This document shows positions 1 through 9,495 of a stretch of DNA of 64,000 nt, piece after piece. The stretch spans positions 7,604 through 71,603 of the forward strand of contig JAPHSY010000024.1 in NCBI GenBank assembly GCA_026196495.1, given 5' to 3'. The translations under genes and the position numbers were made by a program. The notes under the pieces were generated by a model. The model did not search any database, was not told the origin of the DNA, and saw only the letters and a list, made by a program, of their open reading frames with translations. Position 1 is the stretch's first letter. Every line of letters begins with the position of its first letter. Source of the stretch: Magnetovibrio sp. (lineage in GTDB: Bacteria > Pseudomonadota > Alphaproteobacteria > Rhodospirillales > Magnetovibrionaceae).

Positions 1-682
1 CGCCACCTGACGGCGTGCCAATACCGGCCACCGAACAGCCATAAGAAATAGAAAACAACAAGACAGCTGCAAGATTTCGGACTTTTTTGGGATCGTCAGA
101 AGTTAGCTGAATAAGTGTGATCCCAACCGGCAACATCATGGCTGCAACCGTGTGTTCACCCACGAATGAGGCCAGAAGGCCCGAAACCAACGTAATACCA
201 AAAGCAATTCGTGATGTTTTGGTCCCGGTCATCCGTACCAATATCCAAGCAATCCGGGTATCCAGTTTCTGCTTGACCACGGCAACGGCGAGCATCAATG
301 AGCCCATGATAAACAGCACACTATCGCTCATCAGTGATTTGGCGACAATTTTACTGTCGATGCCCATCAGCATCACTTGGCCGATAACAATCAGAAGCGC
401 CACAGTAGGAAGCGGTACTGGTTCTGTAACAAACAAAATGGTGGCGACCACACTCATGGTCAGGATGATCATACCCTGCTGATTAAGACCTTCAGGAATG
501 GGCAGCTGAAGCATACCTATACCGACTGCCATGGCTATGAAAAACCATCGCTTTTCCCAGAAATAGAGGTAGTTACTTCGTTTTCGAAGGCCCGCAATTG
601 GTTTAACAAGTTTGAGGGCCCCACGCTTGGCGAGGGAACGTTTAGAGCCAGGCGTTGTGGCCCCTGTTTCTCCATCTGACAT
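1..682 (-). CDS. DASS/SLC13-family anion (sulfate/dicarboxylate) symporter, N-terminal part; runs off the window start
   Basis: Not in the ORF track. Manual minus-strand translation from ATG 682: MSDGETGATT...WFFIAMAVGIGMLQLPIPEGL...ILFVTEPVPLPTVALL...SLMSDSVLFIMGSLMLAVAVVKQKLDTRIA...EHTVAAMMLPVG...SISYGCSVAGIGTPSGG. These are typical DASS motifs (TEPVPL, IGTPSGG), with no stop before position 1. Confidence 0.85.
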   Translation of the reverse strand, partial: MSDGETGATTPGSKRSLAKRGALKLVKPIAGLRKRSNYLYFWEKRWFFIAMAVGIGMLQLPIPEGLNQQGMIILTMSVVATILFVTEPVPLPTVALLIVIGQVMLMGIDSKIVAKSLMSDSVLFIMGSLMLAVAVVKQKLDTRIAWILVRMTGTKTSRIAFGITLVSGLLASFVGEHTVAAMMLPVGITLIQLTSDDPKKVRNLAAVLLFSISYGCSVAGIGTPSGG

Positions 683-1063
683 GTCAGCTGCCTGTTATCG
701 GTGAAACCGACGACATAAAATTGCGCGGCAAAGGACCGCGCGTCCGCCAGTCTCGTATATGAATCTGATTTATATTTCATTTCGTTTATATAATGTTTTG
801 TACATTAAAACAACTAAATAGAGACGGTATACGACAGATTATTAGGCATATGCAGCAGACCTTACCGTATCGTCATCTGATAAAAATTGCTGCTTTTGGG
901 CCAAAGCAGCAAGAATGTTCCGTATGCATATGGCAATTTCCTAATATGCAGTGTAGATTACGTCTCCATTTCGAAAATTAAGTGATTCGACCTCCCCTCA
1001 TAAACGATTTTCTGCTGCGGGCCTACGCAGCAACATCCATTGTTGAATAAGGTAGACTATGTC

Positions 1064-3019
1064 ATGTCGTTTTTAAGCAATTTGTCATTGAAGAAAATAA
1101 TTGCGGCCGTTGTCTTTCTTGCATTTGGCTTATATTTCGCCACCGTCGTGCCCACCATTGCGATTGCCTGGGTTAGCGGAATTTTGCTGCTGACCATTTA
1201 TCTTTTTGCTTTCGAAATATTTGACGTCGATGTTGCTGCGATAACCATCATGGTGATGTTGGGACTGACTTCCATACTTGCGCCGCTTATGGGGCTGGAT
1301 CAGGGATTGGTTTCAACGGATGCATTGTTTAACGGTTTTGCGTCCAATGCCGTGATGTCCATTATCGCAGTGATGATCATTGGTGCGGGACTGGACAAGA
1401 CAGGCATCATGACCAAGGTGGCTGCCTTTATTCTCAAAGTTGGTGGATCTACAGAAAGCCGCATCATCCCAATCATTTCCAGTACTGTCGGTGTGATTTC
1501 TTCTTTCATGCAGAACGTTGGCGCTGCGGCCCTGTTCTTACCCGTGGTATCGCGTATTTCGGCGCGTACAGGGCTTCCCTTATCACGGTTGTTAATGCCC
1601 ATGGGCTTTTGTGCCATTCTCGGCGGTACCATTACCATGGTTGGTTCTAGCCCGTTGATCTTGCTCAACGATCTGATCCTCACGTCCAACAAAGTGTTGC
1701 CCGCTGATCAACAGATGGAAACATGGACGTTGTTCTCTGTAACGCCTGTTGGCCTCGCCCTGGTTGGAACGGGTATCCTTTACTTTGTCATCGCAGGGCG
1801 CTTTGTTCTGCCTGCCAGCAAGGGTGAAGATGGCGACGTCGTTGATGAGCACGAATATCTCGATACGACCTATGGCATTGACTACAACCTCTATGAAATC
1901 ACGGTCACCCCCGACAGCCGACTGGTTGGCAAAAATATGGATGAGGTTGAGGCCGATCACCCCTTCCGCGTTGTGGCTGTTCGCAGCAACAAAGACGGTT
2001 TTCGCGTCGGTGCCTTGGGTGTTGATCGCGATGTTGTGATCGAAGAAGGCGACGTTCTTGCCGCAGTGATTGGTACGGACGTTTTCGAATTTGTCCGCAC
2101 AGCTGCCAGAGCAAAAATCAGGTCGACGCTCAGGACATTCAGCGAACGTATGGCCCCAACCAAGGCCGGCATTGCCGAGATTGTTATTCCGCCGGGATCA
2201 AACCTAATCGGCAAAAGTGCGCGCGATATTTGGATGCGCAAAACCACCGGCCTTTCCTTGTTGGCCATCAACCGTGGCGGTGAAACCATCGCCCGCGAAG
2301 GTGGCGGCGTGCGCGATGTGCCGTTCATGTCCGGTGATGCTTTGGTGGTACACACCACATGGGCCGATCTTGCTCATTTGCAACGCAACCCCAACTTCTT
2401 GATCATGACCACCGAATTTCCACACGAAGAAGAGCGTCCGAACAAGGTCGGTCCGGCGTTGCTGTTCTTCCTTATCGCGCTTTCCATGATCCTATTCACC
2501 GACTTGCGCCTTTCCGTTGCCTTGATGACCGGGGCCATGGGCATGGTTCTTTCCCGTGTGTTGAGCATTGATGAAGCTTACCGCGCCGTCAGTTGGAAAA
2601 CGGTGTTCTTGTTGGCCAGCTTAATCCCCTTAGGCTTGGCGGTGGAAACCAGCGGTACCGCCGCTTACATCGCCGAACGAACGCTCAATTTGCTAGGCGG
2701 CATGCCGACTTGGGGCATACAGGCGGCAGTCGCCGTGCTTGCGACGTTCTTCACCCTGGTGATGTCGAACGTGGGTGCCACGGTCTTGCTGGTTCCACTG
2801 GCGGTTAATATCGCCATTGGGGCTGGGGCGGACCCGGCACTTTTTGCGTTGACTGTTGCCATCGCCACGTCCAACTCGTTTTTGATCCCGACCCACCAGG
2901 TTAACGCCTTGATCATGGGACCGGGTGGATATCGGGTGCCCGACTTTATGAAAGCGGGCGGCATTATGACAGTTCTGTTTCTAGTCGTTTCATTGACGGT
3001 GCTGAACCTGATTTTCTAG
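1064..3019 (+). CDS. SLC13/CitMHS-family permease with two central TrkA-C (RCK_C) domains
   Basis: Many TM segments; motifs SSFMQNVGAAALFLP, GGTITMVGSSP, MSNVGATVLLVP, PTHQVNALIMGPGGY; soluble middle with 'EIVIPPGSNLIGKS' TrkA-C repeat. ATG 1064 preferred over TTG 1040. Confidence 0.85.
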   Translation: MSFLSNLSLKKIIAAVVFLAFGLYFATVVPTIAIAWVSGILLLTIYLFAFEIFDVDVAAITIMVMLGLTSILAPLMGLDQGLVSTDALFNGFASNAVMSIIAVMIIGAGLDKTGIMTKVAAFILKVGGSTESRIIPIISSTVGVISSFMQNVGAAALFLPVVSRISARTGLPLSRLLMPMGFCAILGGTITMVGSSPLILLNDLILTSNKVLPADQQMETWTLFSVTPVGLALVGTGILYFVIAGRFVLPASKGEDGDVVDEHEYLDTTYGIDYNLYEITVTPDSRLVGKNMDEVEADHPFRVVAVRSNKDGFRVGALGVDRDVVIEEGDVLAAVIGTDVFEFVRTAARAKIRSTLRTFSERMAPTKAGIAEIVIPPGSNLIGKSARDIWMRKTTGLSLLAINRGGETIAREGGGVRDVPFMSGDALVVHTTWADLAHLQRNPNFLIMTTEFPHEEERPNKVGPALLFFLIALSMILFTDLRLSVALMTGAMGMVLSRVLSIDEAYRAVSWKTVFLLASLIPLGLAVETSGTAAYIAERTLNLLGGMPTWGIQAAVAVLATFFTLVMSNVGATVLLVPLAVNIAIGAGADPALFALTVAIATSNSFLIPTHQVNALIMGPGGYRVPDFMKAGGIMTVLFLVVSLTVLNLIF

Positions 3020-3038
3020 AGAGCGACTATCCTTAAAG

Positions 3039-3073
3039 AAAAAAGCCGCTGGAGATTTTCAGCGGCTTTTTTT
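3039..3073. terminator. Bidirectional intrinsic terminator
   Basis: aaaaaagccgctg-gagatttt-cagcggctttttt between convergent genes. Confidence 0.85.
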
Positions 3074-3127
3074 GATCTTTGCAGATGTATGAAGCTAGCC
3101 TTTAGCTAATGCGTGAATTCCTGCGAC

Positions 3128-3433
3128 TTATTCATAATCAAGGGCAGAATCGTTATCTTCGAGTTCTGCTAGTGACCGCCAGGCTTTGAGGACTTCTGGA
3201 AGTACTTGTTCAAATTTATTGAGAGCCGTGATGACGTCATCAGATGGAAATGCAATTTCGTCCACGTGTTCAACGTTCAATATGCAATCTTCACCGTTTA
3301 GAGTGGCATGAAAATCTTGGTGGGACACAAACATGGAACCGTCTGCTTGGACACGCATCGTTGGACCATAGATTAGGACTTCAGCCCCGGATGTTAGTTT
3401 TGCTGCAATGGGCTTGGGAAACAAACGATACAT
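3128..3433 (-). CDS. Hypothetical protein (101 aa)
   Basis: Fills the gap between two terminators; protein-like composition; no recognised motif. Confidence 0.55.
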   Translation of the reverse strand: MYRLFPKPIAAKLTSGAEVLIYGPTMRVQADGSMFVSHQDFHATLNGEDCILNVEHVDEIAFPSDDVITALNKFEQVLPEVLKAWRSLAELEDNDSALDYE

Positions 3434-3540
3434 AAAATTACCTTTGAAATTTGAGGGCTCGGTGCTGATAGAACTTTATTAATCCCCTATATGCGTTGAT
3501 TTAAAACGATGCTGCAATGAGAGTTAAGGCAAAGGGAACA

Positions 3541-3573
3541 AAAAAGCCCGCACAGATGAACTGTACGGGCTTT
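3541..3573 (-). terminator. Intrinsic terminator downstream of rpe
   Basis: aaaaagcccg(c)acag-atgaa-ctgtacgggcttt; U-tract on the minus strand. Confidence 0.75.
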
Positions 3574-3594
3574 CTTCAATGAATTGAGTATGTA

Positions 3595-4254
3595 TTAGCC
3601 TTCGTAGGCGTTGCGGATTGCGTTGATGGTGGAAACGTAGTCATCACCTTTAAAGACAGCTGAACCAGCTACCAGGCACGTTGCACCAGCGTCTACGACA
3701 GACTTAGCTGTGTCTTTGTTCACGCCGCCGTCCACTTGGATATCGATAGGCATGTCGCCGATCATGTCTTTCACTTGGCGGATTTTGTTCAAAGCAGCCG
3801 GGATGAAGCTTTGGCCACCAAAGCCCGGATTCACACTCATGATCAGGACCATGTCCAGTTGATCAATAACATTTTCTAAGACATTGACTGGAGTGTGGGG
3901 GTTGAGTGACACACCTGCTTTTTTGCCCAAGTCTTTGATGACTTGGATAGAGCGATCCAAGTGCTTGTCGGCTTCGGCGTGCACGACGATTTGGTCGGCA
4001 CCGGCTTTGGCGTAATCTTCCAAGTACGGCTGCGCAGGATCGATCATCAAGTGCACATCGAAGAACTTCTCGGTCCAAGAACGAATGCAGGAAATAACCG
4101 GCGGACCAAAAGTCAGATTGGGTACAAAGTGACCATCCATCACATCAATGTGAATCCAGTCAGCACCAGCTTCATCTACAGCTTTGACTTCTTCGCCCAA
4201 GCGCGCAAAGTCTGCGGATAGAATACTGGGAGCGATTTTGACGCGATCGGTCAT
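3595..4254 (-). CDS. rpe: Ribulose-phosphate 3-epimerase
   Basis: [45 protein letters not shown] motifs; GGAGG RBS. Confidence 0.97.
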   Translation of the reverse strand: MTDRVKIAPSILSADFARLGEEVKAVDEAGADWIHIDVMDGHFVPNLTFGPPVISCIRSWTEKFFDVHLMIDPAQPYLEDYAKAGADQIVVHAEADKHLDRSIQVIKDLGKKAGVSLNPHTPVNVLENVIDQLDMVLIMSVNPGFGGQSFIPAALNKIRQVKDMIGDMPIDIQVDGGVNKDTAKSVVDAGATCLVAGSAVFKGDDYVSTINAIRNAYEG

Positions 4255-4316
4255 ATGGTGTGCCTCCGATAAATAACGTGTTCTCAGTCCCGTTGCTTCA
4301 GGACCCTAAAAATTAG

Positions 4317-4500
4317 AAAGCCCTCGCCAATGACAAATGTCAATGTCGAGGGCTTTCCGGGTGGTTCCAGGATAGGTGCGAGCGGACCTCCCCAGGTTTA
4401 CTCGTCGCCCAGAACCTCCGCGACTGTATTCAAAACGCAAAATCAAGGTGAAAAAAGGGCTAGTCGAAGTCCCCTACCCGTTTGGATTTTGCGTACCTAA
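4317..4500 (-). ncRNA. Putative structured leader / sRNA upstream of rpe (unassigned family)
   Basis: Lies downstream of a sigma70-like promoter. Stems cgcaaaatc/gattttgcg (4436-4493), gtcgc/gcgac (4404-4424) and terminator-like aaagccctcg/cgagggcttt (4317-4356). Confidence 0.35.
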
Positions 4501-4511
4501 CGATTGATACT

Positions 4512-4540
4512 TTTGTATTCCGCTTTCCTAATAAAGTCAA
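4512..4540 (-). promoter_or_regulatory. Sigma70-type promoter reading toward rpe
   Basis: Minus strand TTGACT-N17-TACAAA. Confidence 0.55.
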
Positions 4541-4631
4541 TTAAACAAACCTGAAAAATCCATATATTTAAGGGCTTTCAAGCAAATTCCAACCCATTAG
4601 GGTAGCAGCCCACTGCCCATTTAAATGGCCT

Positions 4632-6914
4632 TTACTTGGTCAGTGCCATAAATAACTGGGGTAGTTTTTCTGGAAGCCTCTCTACATTGTCGATGACCGT
4701 GTATTGATTCCCAAAAATGGTGCCAATGTAGTCGTCGGCCTTCTTATCCAAGTTGATGCAGTACGTATAAATCCCATCCCGATCGAGCTCTTGAACCGCT
4801 TTGCGGGTGTCTTCGATCAGGTGTTGCTCATCATCCACGTCAATATCGGACGGTTCACCATCAGTGAGGATCAGCATCAGTTTTTTATCTGATTTACGCT
4901 GCGCTAAAGTGTTTGCGGCGTGACGCATTGCGGCCCCCATGCGGGTCGAGTAACCAGCTTCGACGGCCCCCAAACGCCCTTTCACATCATCGTTCCAGTT
5001 TTCAGAATAACCTTTGATGTGTTGGTAACGCACTTCATGGCGGGTGTTCGATGAAAAACCAGCAATCGCCAATTCATCACCCAGCTTGTCCACAGCCCAG
5101 CCCAACAAAGACACAGCTTCTTGACTGATTTCCAAAATGGTTTGGGAGCTACCTTTGGGAATGTCGTTGATGGATTGCGATAAATCCAATAGCAACATCA
5201 CCGAGATGTCACGGCCATCGTGACGATGGGACATGTTGATGCGCGGGTCCGGTTGGGCACCTGCTTTGAAATCGATTAAGGACCGAATGGCTACGTCCAA
5301 ATCCAGTTCAGTACCCTCTTCTTGATATCGAATCCGCACGTAGTTTTGCGGCTTCAACATATCCAGGATTTGTTTGAGGCGTTTGGCCAAAGCCGCGTGC
5401 TTAGATAGTAAGCCATCGACCACACTGGCAGGGCCCGATGGGTGTAAGCCTTCATACAGGCTGACCCAATCAGGACGGTAGCTTTTGGACTGATAATCCC
5501 ATTCTGGATAATGGCGCGGCGGTAGGCCTTGTTGTTCTTCTTCTTCTTTGGACTGTGCTTCGCGTTTGTTCTCTTCGTACATTTCCTCTTCATCGCCCAA
5601 CTCGTGGTACTTCCACATATGGCGGTTGTCGTCACGGTAATCGACTTCGGTGTCCGCAAAGTAGATGTTTGCCGACTGGTCTTCTTGACGACGGGTGCGG
5701 GCAATAAATGAAATGGCTAGATTGGCGACGTCTTGGGTGGAGTTCTTGTCGCTTTTCATCAATTCATGAAAGCGGTCCACATATTCCAACACGTCCGGGT
5801 TTTCGTATGGATGGTCGGGATCTAGCACAGCATAGGAAAACATCGCCAAACGGTGACGAATGCATGATTCCACCTTTGGGTTGCAATCGTCTTCAATGGG
5901 CTTGGGGTGCAGCGCCTGATAAATATGACGCAAACCGGGGTATTCCTGCATGGTCAGGTATTCGACCCGTGTGTCTTCAAAAATTTCCGCAGCTACACGC
6001 TGAAAGGGGCTGAAGTTGTCGGCAAAAATGGCTGAGGTCCAGCGCCGATGTGCGGCCATGTGGGCCAATAATGCGCGATAACGGTCGGTGCCTTTGACAC
6101 GAATACCGATCGAATGATGTTCGTAGTCGTCATAAACGTCCGGCACGCGCAGTCCAAGCTGATCGAAATACGGCATTGGCTTGCGCATCTCGTCATAACC
6201 CAACGAGTACGGTACGAACTGGGCATGGTGTTCGGACCACAAGCCCTTCATATACATACCCATTTTGCGTTCAACGTCGGCAAACAATGTACCATGGCGT
6301 TCGCGCTGTAAAATTGCTTTCGAATCAGCAGATTGCAGAGAGAAATAATCTTTTTGGCGTTCTGGATGGGTGACATAGTGCTTCACACCATAATCAACCC
6401 AGTTTTTAAGGCCTTCCATAGACAACTGACTGAGCAGATATGGGACATTGTTGAGCATATTTTCTAAGCCAGGGCTCGGAATGGTTTGGTGAAAGCCATG
6501 GGTCGAGCGTGTGGTGTTTTCCATCATCTCGAACACCAGCTCAACATACTGGTCGAACAGTTCTTTCGAACCTAAACGCCGTGCGGCTTCGGCCAGAGTC
6601 TGCAAAAAACCTAAAATGCCTTTGCCGTTGGGGGTGCGTGACATTTTCCACACCGATTGGGCAATTTCTTCGATGACCTCTTCACCCAAACGCTGGGCGA
6701 TTGTGGGCATTTTCTCCAAGAAAACGTGAACGGGGTCATAACCGCGCCCGATCATGCAGATCAGCGACGCGCCTTCCAGCAAATGCTTCACACCTTCAGG
6801 ACTGAGACGCACAACTGCGTCTTCCATACAGCCCTCGAACGCGGTATCCAATTGCTCAAACCCGCAGGTGAGCATTTCGCGCAGTTCGTTCAGTTCGTCT
6901 TGGCTAAGAGCCAT
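4632..6914 (-). CDS. cbbO: RuBisCO activase adaptor CbbO (NorD-like, C-terminal vWA domain)
   Basis: vWA MIDAS DLSQS...LTDGEP, GYSTRMGAAMRHA; directly downstream of cbbQ. Confidence 0.95.
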   Translation of the reverse strand: MALSQDELNELREMLTCGFEQLDTAFEGCMEDAVVRLSPEGVKHLLEGASLICMIGRGYDPVHVFLEKMPTIAQRLGEEVIEEIAQSVWKMSRTPNGKGILGFLQTLAEAARRLGSKELFDQYVELVFEMMENTTRSTHGFHQTIPSPGLENMLNNVPYLLSQLSMEGLKNWVDYGVKHYVTHPERQKDYFSLQSADSKAILQRERHGTLFADVERKMGMYMKGLWSEHHAQFVPYSLGYDEMRKPMPYFDQLGLRVPDVYDDYEHHSIGIRVKGTDRYRALLAHMAAHRRWTSAIFADNFSPFQRVAAEIFEDTRVEYLTMQEYPGLRHIYQALHPKPIEDDCNPKVESCIRHRLAMFSYAVLDPDHPYENPDVLEYVDRFHELMKSDKNSTQDVANLAISFIARTRRQEDQSANIYFADTEVDYRDDNRHMWKYHELGDEEEMYEENKREAQSKEEEEQQGLPPRHYPEWDYQSKSYRPDWVSLYEGLHPSGPASVVDGLLSKHAALAKRLKQILDMLKPQNYVRIRYQEEGTELDLDVAIRSLIDFKAGAQPDPRINMSHRHDGRDISVMLLLDLSQSINDIPKGSSQTILEISQEAVSLLGWAVDKLGDELAIAGFSSNTRHEVRYQHIKGYSENWNDDVKGRLGAVEAGYSTRMGAAMRHAANTLAQRKSDKKLMLILTDGEPSDIDVDDEQHLIEDTRKAVQELDRDGIYTYCINLDKKADDYIGTIFGNQYTVIDNVERLPEKLPQLFMALTK

Positions 6915-6942
6915 ATCGACGGCCCCTTCCTACCCAGTTTAA

Positions 6943-7758
6943 TCAACCAAATGTGGCGTCGATGGAATGCTTCAGCGTGGCTGAAATGTCCGCGTCGTCC
7001 GTAATTGGGGCGACCAAGGCCATGCGACATGCCTGGTTGGGGTTGATGCCCTGTTTGATCAAACGGGCTGCATAAACCAGCAAACGGGTGGAAATACCTT
7101 CGTCTAGGCCGTGGCCTTTGAGATTGCGTGCCGTTTCGCCGACTTTGACCAAATTCGCGGCGACATCCTCATCACAGCCCGTTTCCTTGGCGATAATGTC
7201 CGTTTCGACTTTGCCTTCAGCGTAGTCAAAATTAAGACCGGAGAAACGCTGTTTGGTGGACTGTTTCAAGTCCTTCATCAGGCTTTGATAACCTGGGTTA
7301 TAGCTGATCACCAATTGGAAATCTTCGTGGGCGTTGACCAGTTCACCCTTTTTGTCCAACGGTAGCGTGCGGCGGTGATCGGTCAACGGGTGAATAACAA
7401 CCGTTGTGTCTTGGCGGGCTTCGACCACCTCGTCGAGGTAACAAATCGCACCAATGCGTGCAGCAACGGTCAAGGGACCATCCAGCCAGCGGGTGCCGTT
7501 AGCATCCAGCAAATAGCGACCAACCAAGTCGGATGCCGTCATGTCTTCATTACAAGCCACCGTAATCAGGGGCTTTTTCAGCTTCCAAGCCATATATTCA
7601 ATAAACCGCGATTTACCACATCCCGTGGGGCCCTTGACCATTACAGGAAGGCGTTCTTGGTACGCGGCTTCGTACAGTTCGACCTCGTTGGAAACGGATT
7701 GGTAGAACGGTTCAGCATTGACCATGTACTGCTGCGGATCGTGCTCATTGGCAGACAT
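6943..7758 (-). CDS. cbbQ: RuBisCO activase CbbQ (MoxR-type AAA+ ATPase)
   Basis: Walker A GPTGCGKS, CYLDEVVEARQD, YNPGYQS..KDLKQSTKQRF, GISTRLLVYA. Confidence 0.97.
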   Translation of the reverse strand: MSANEHDPQQYMVNAEPFYQSVSNEVELYEAAYQERLPVMVKGPTGCGKSRFIEYMAWKLKKPLITVACNEDMTASDLVGRYLLDANGTRWLDGPLTVAARIGAICYLDEVVEARQDTTVVIHPLTDHRRTLPLDKKGELVNAHEDFQLVISYNPGYQSLMKDLKQSTKQRFSGLNFDYAEGKVETDIIAKETGCDEDVAANLVKVGETARNLKGHGLDEGISTRLLVYAARLIKQGINPNQACRMALVAPITDDADISATLKHSIDATFG

Positions 7759-7818
7759 AACTTAGAATCCTTAAAAACTATAAATATAGAGACAAAACAG
7801 CCGGGAGCAGCTTAACAC

Positions 7819-7855
7819 CACCCCCGGCTACTTGTTTCAGGCAATTGCCGGGGTG
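7819..7855 (-). terminator. Stem-loop between cbbM and cbbQ (partial terminator / mRNA stabiliser)
   Basis: caccc(c)cggc...gccggggtg inverted repeat right after the cbbM stop. Confidence 0.5.
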
Positions 7856-7856
7856 C

Positions 7857-9245
7857 TTATTTGTGCACGCCCAGTTTTTCGCGCCAGCCCGGGAACAATG
7901 CGTCTGCATCGTGCTCGAAGCTTTCGAAAGCGCGAGCAAACTCTTTGTGCTCTTTCGCCCACTCGATCGGATCTGCACCAGCTTTCCAGCACTCGTATGC
8001 TTGGCGTAGAGAAATTGCACCAGCAGCCGGGCTGTCGATGTGGCCATAAGAACCACCACCGGAGGTGTTGATCAAGTTGGCATGGCCGAGGTTTTCGAAG
8101 AAACCAGGCAGACGCAGAGCGTTCATACCACCGGAGATAATCGGGGTGGTCGGCTTCATGCCTTCCCATTCCTGATGGAAGTGAGGCCCGTCAGCGCTGT
8201 CACGTTCGATCATGTACGCAATGTTCTTATCGGAAGCTTCACCTTCCATTTTGCCGAAGCCCATGGTGCCTACGTGGATACCAGAAGCACCTTGCAGACG
8301 GGACATTTTGGCCAGAACGAATGCGGTGTAACCGCGTTTTGCGGACGGTGACGTTACTGCACCGTGACCGGCACGGTGATAGTGCAGGTATTGACCGGCG
8401 AAGTTACGACGTGCGGTGGTAACCATGCCTGGGCCGCCAACATAACCGTCAACCAAGAATGCAACTTTGTCAGCATCCGGGCCAAAGGTTTCGAGGATGA
8501 ACTCACCGCGGTGCAACATTTCATAGTGATCATCAGCGGTGATGTTTGCTGAGAACAATTTAGCTTCACCGGTTTCGTCCATGGCGCGCTTCATGGCGTC
8601 ATAAACAAGCGGGTAAACTTTGTTTGCCGGGCAGAATACTTGGTTGCCTTGGGGCTCATCGTTTTTGATGAAGTCGCCACCGAGCCAGAATTGGTAAGCA
8701 GCATCAGCAAACGGTTGCGGACGCAGGCCCAGTTTCGGCTTGATAATGGTACCAGCGATGTAACCACCGTCTTTGACCGGACGGCCAAGGATGCGCCATA
8801 GATCGGAAATGTCCTTGGACGGACCGTCGAACAAACGCAGGTATTTAGGCGGAACGTAGAAATCTTCCATTTTCGCGTATGCGATATCGCCCATGCCTTG
8901 GTTGTTACCAATGCACAGCGTCAGGAAGGAAACCAACATTGCACGGCCGTCAATCATGTTGCGGTCGAACAGGTCGATCGGGTAAGCGATCTTCATCAGT
9001 TCGTCGGCTTCGTCGATGTGATAAACCAGAGCGTCAACACCTTTGGTGAAGTCATCAGTGGTGGATACTTCAACGTTGGTACCGGTGGAGCTTTCTGCAG
9101 CAAAGTGAGCAGCAGCTTCCAAGTAGCCATAGCCTTCAGCAGGTTTCATGCGATATGCAACAAGAACGTGATTGCCGCCATCATAGAGCTCTTGTTCTTT
9201 AAGGCTCAGGTCAGCATAACGAGTTGTTTGATCTAACAATGCCAT
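7857..9245 (-). CDS. cbbM: Form II ribulose-1,5-bisphosphate carboxylase/oxygenase
   Basis: DQ..RYADLSL N-terminus, [60 protein letters not shown]. Start placed at ATG 9245 ([10 protein letters not shown]). Confidence 0.98.
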   Translation of the reverse strand: MALLDQTTRYADLSLKEQELYDGGNHVLVAYRMKPAEGYGYLEAAAHFAAESSTGTNVEVSTTDDFTKGVDALVYHIDEADELMKIAYPIDLFDRNMIDGRAMLVSFLTLCIGNNQGMGDIAYAKMEDFYVPPKYLRLFDGPSKDISDLWRILGRPVKDGGYIAGTIIKPKLGLRPQPFADAAYQFWLGGDFIKNDEPQGNQVFCPANKVYPLVYDAMKRAMDETGEAKLFSANITADDHYEMLHRGEFILETFGPDADKVAFLVDGYVGGPGMVTTARRNFAGQYLHYHRAGHGAVTSPSAKRGYTAFVLAKMSRLQGASGIHVGTMGFGKMEGEASDKNIAYMIERDSADGPHFHQEWEGMKPTTPIISGGMNALRLPGFFENLGHANLINTSGGGSYGHIDSPAAGAISLRQAYECWKAGADPIEWAKEHKEFARAFESFEHDADALFPGWREKLGVHK

Positions 9246-9420
9246 TTGTGAATACTCCCTGTATCTTTCTTTTGGCTTTGTGATGCGCCTCAGCGCCAAA
9301 GCACCAACAGCATCAATCATTTAAATATGTGGAGAGCCCCCCAAAACAGGTGCTTTCCAATTGGCGGTAACTATAAGGTTTGGACACACATAACAAAACT
9401 CATTTATCTTGATGGTCTGC

Positions 9421-9435
9421 ATAAGTTTTGCTTAT
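9421..9435. promoter_or_regulatory. Probable CbbR (LysR-type) binding site
   Basis: ATAAG-N5-CTTAT inverted repeat containing T-N11-A, in the cbbM/cbbR divergent intergenic region. Confidence 0.65.
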
Positions 9436-9495
9436 AATAATGCCCTAGCGCATTGAAACCATGTTTATATAAGCATTTTAAAAGGTTGCTGCGAC

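Noticed and set aside
117-780. ORF-track calls 117-482(+), 377-679(+) and 535-780(-)
   Set aside because: All overlap the real DASS transporter frame (682 to 1, minus), which the track omitted because it runs off the window
4471-4500. GGTACGCAAAATCC resembling part of a c-di-GMP-I riboswitch
   Set aside because: No GNRA-capped P2 hairpin, receptor or P1 pairing; only a short word match
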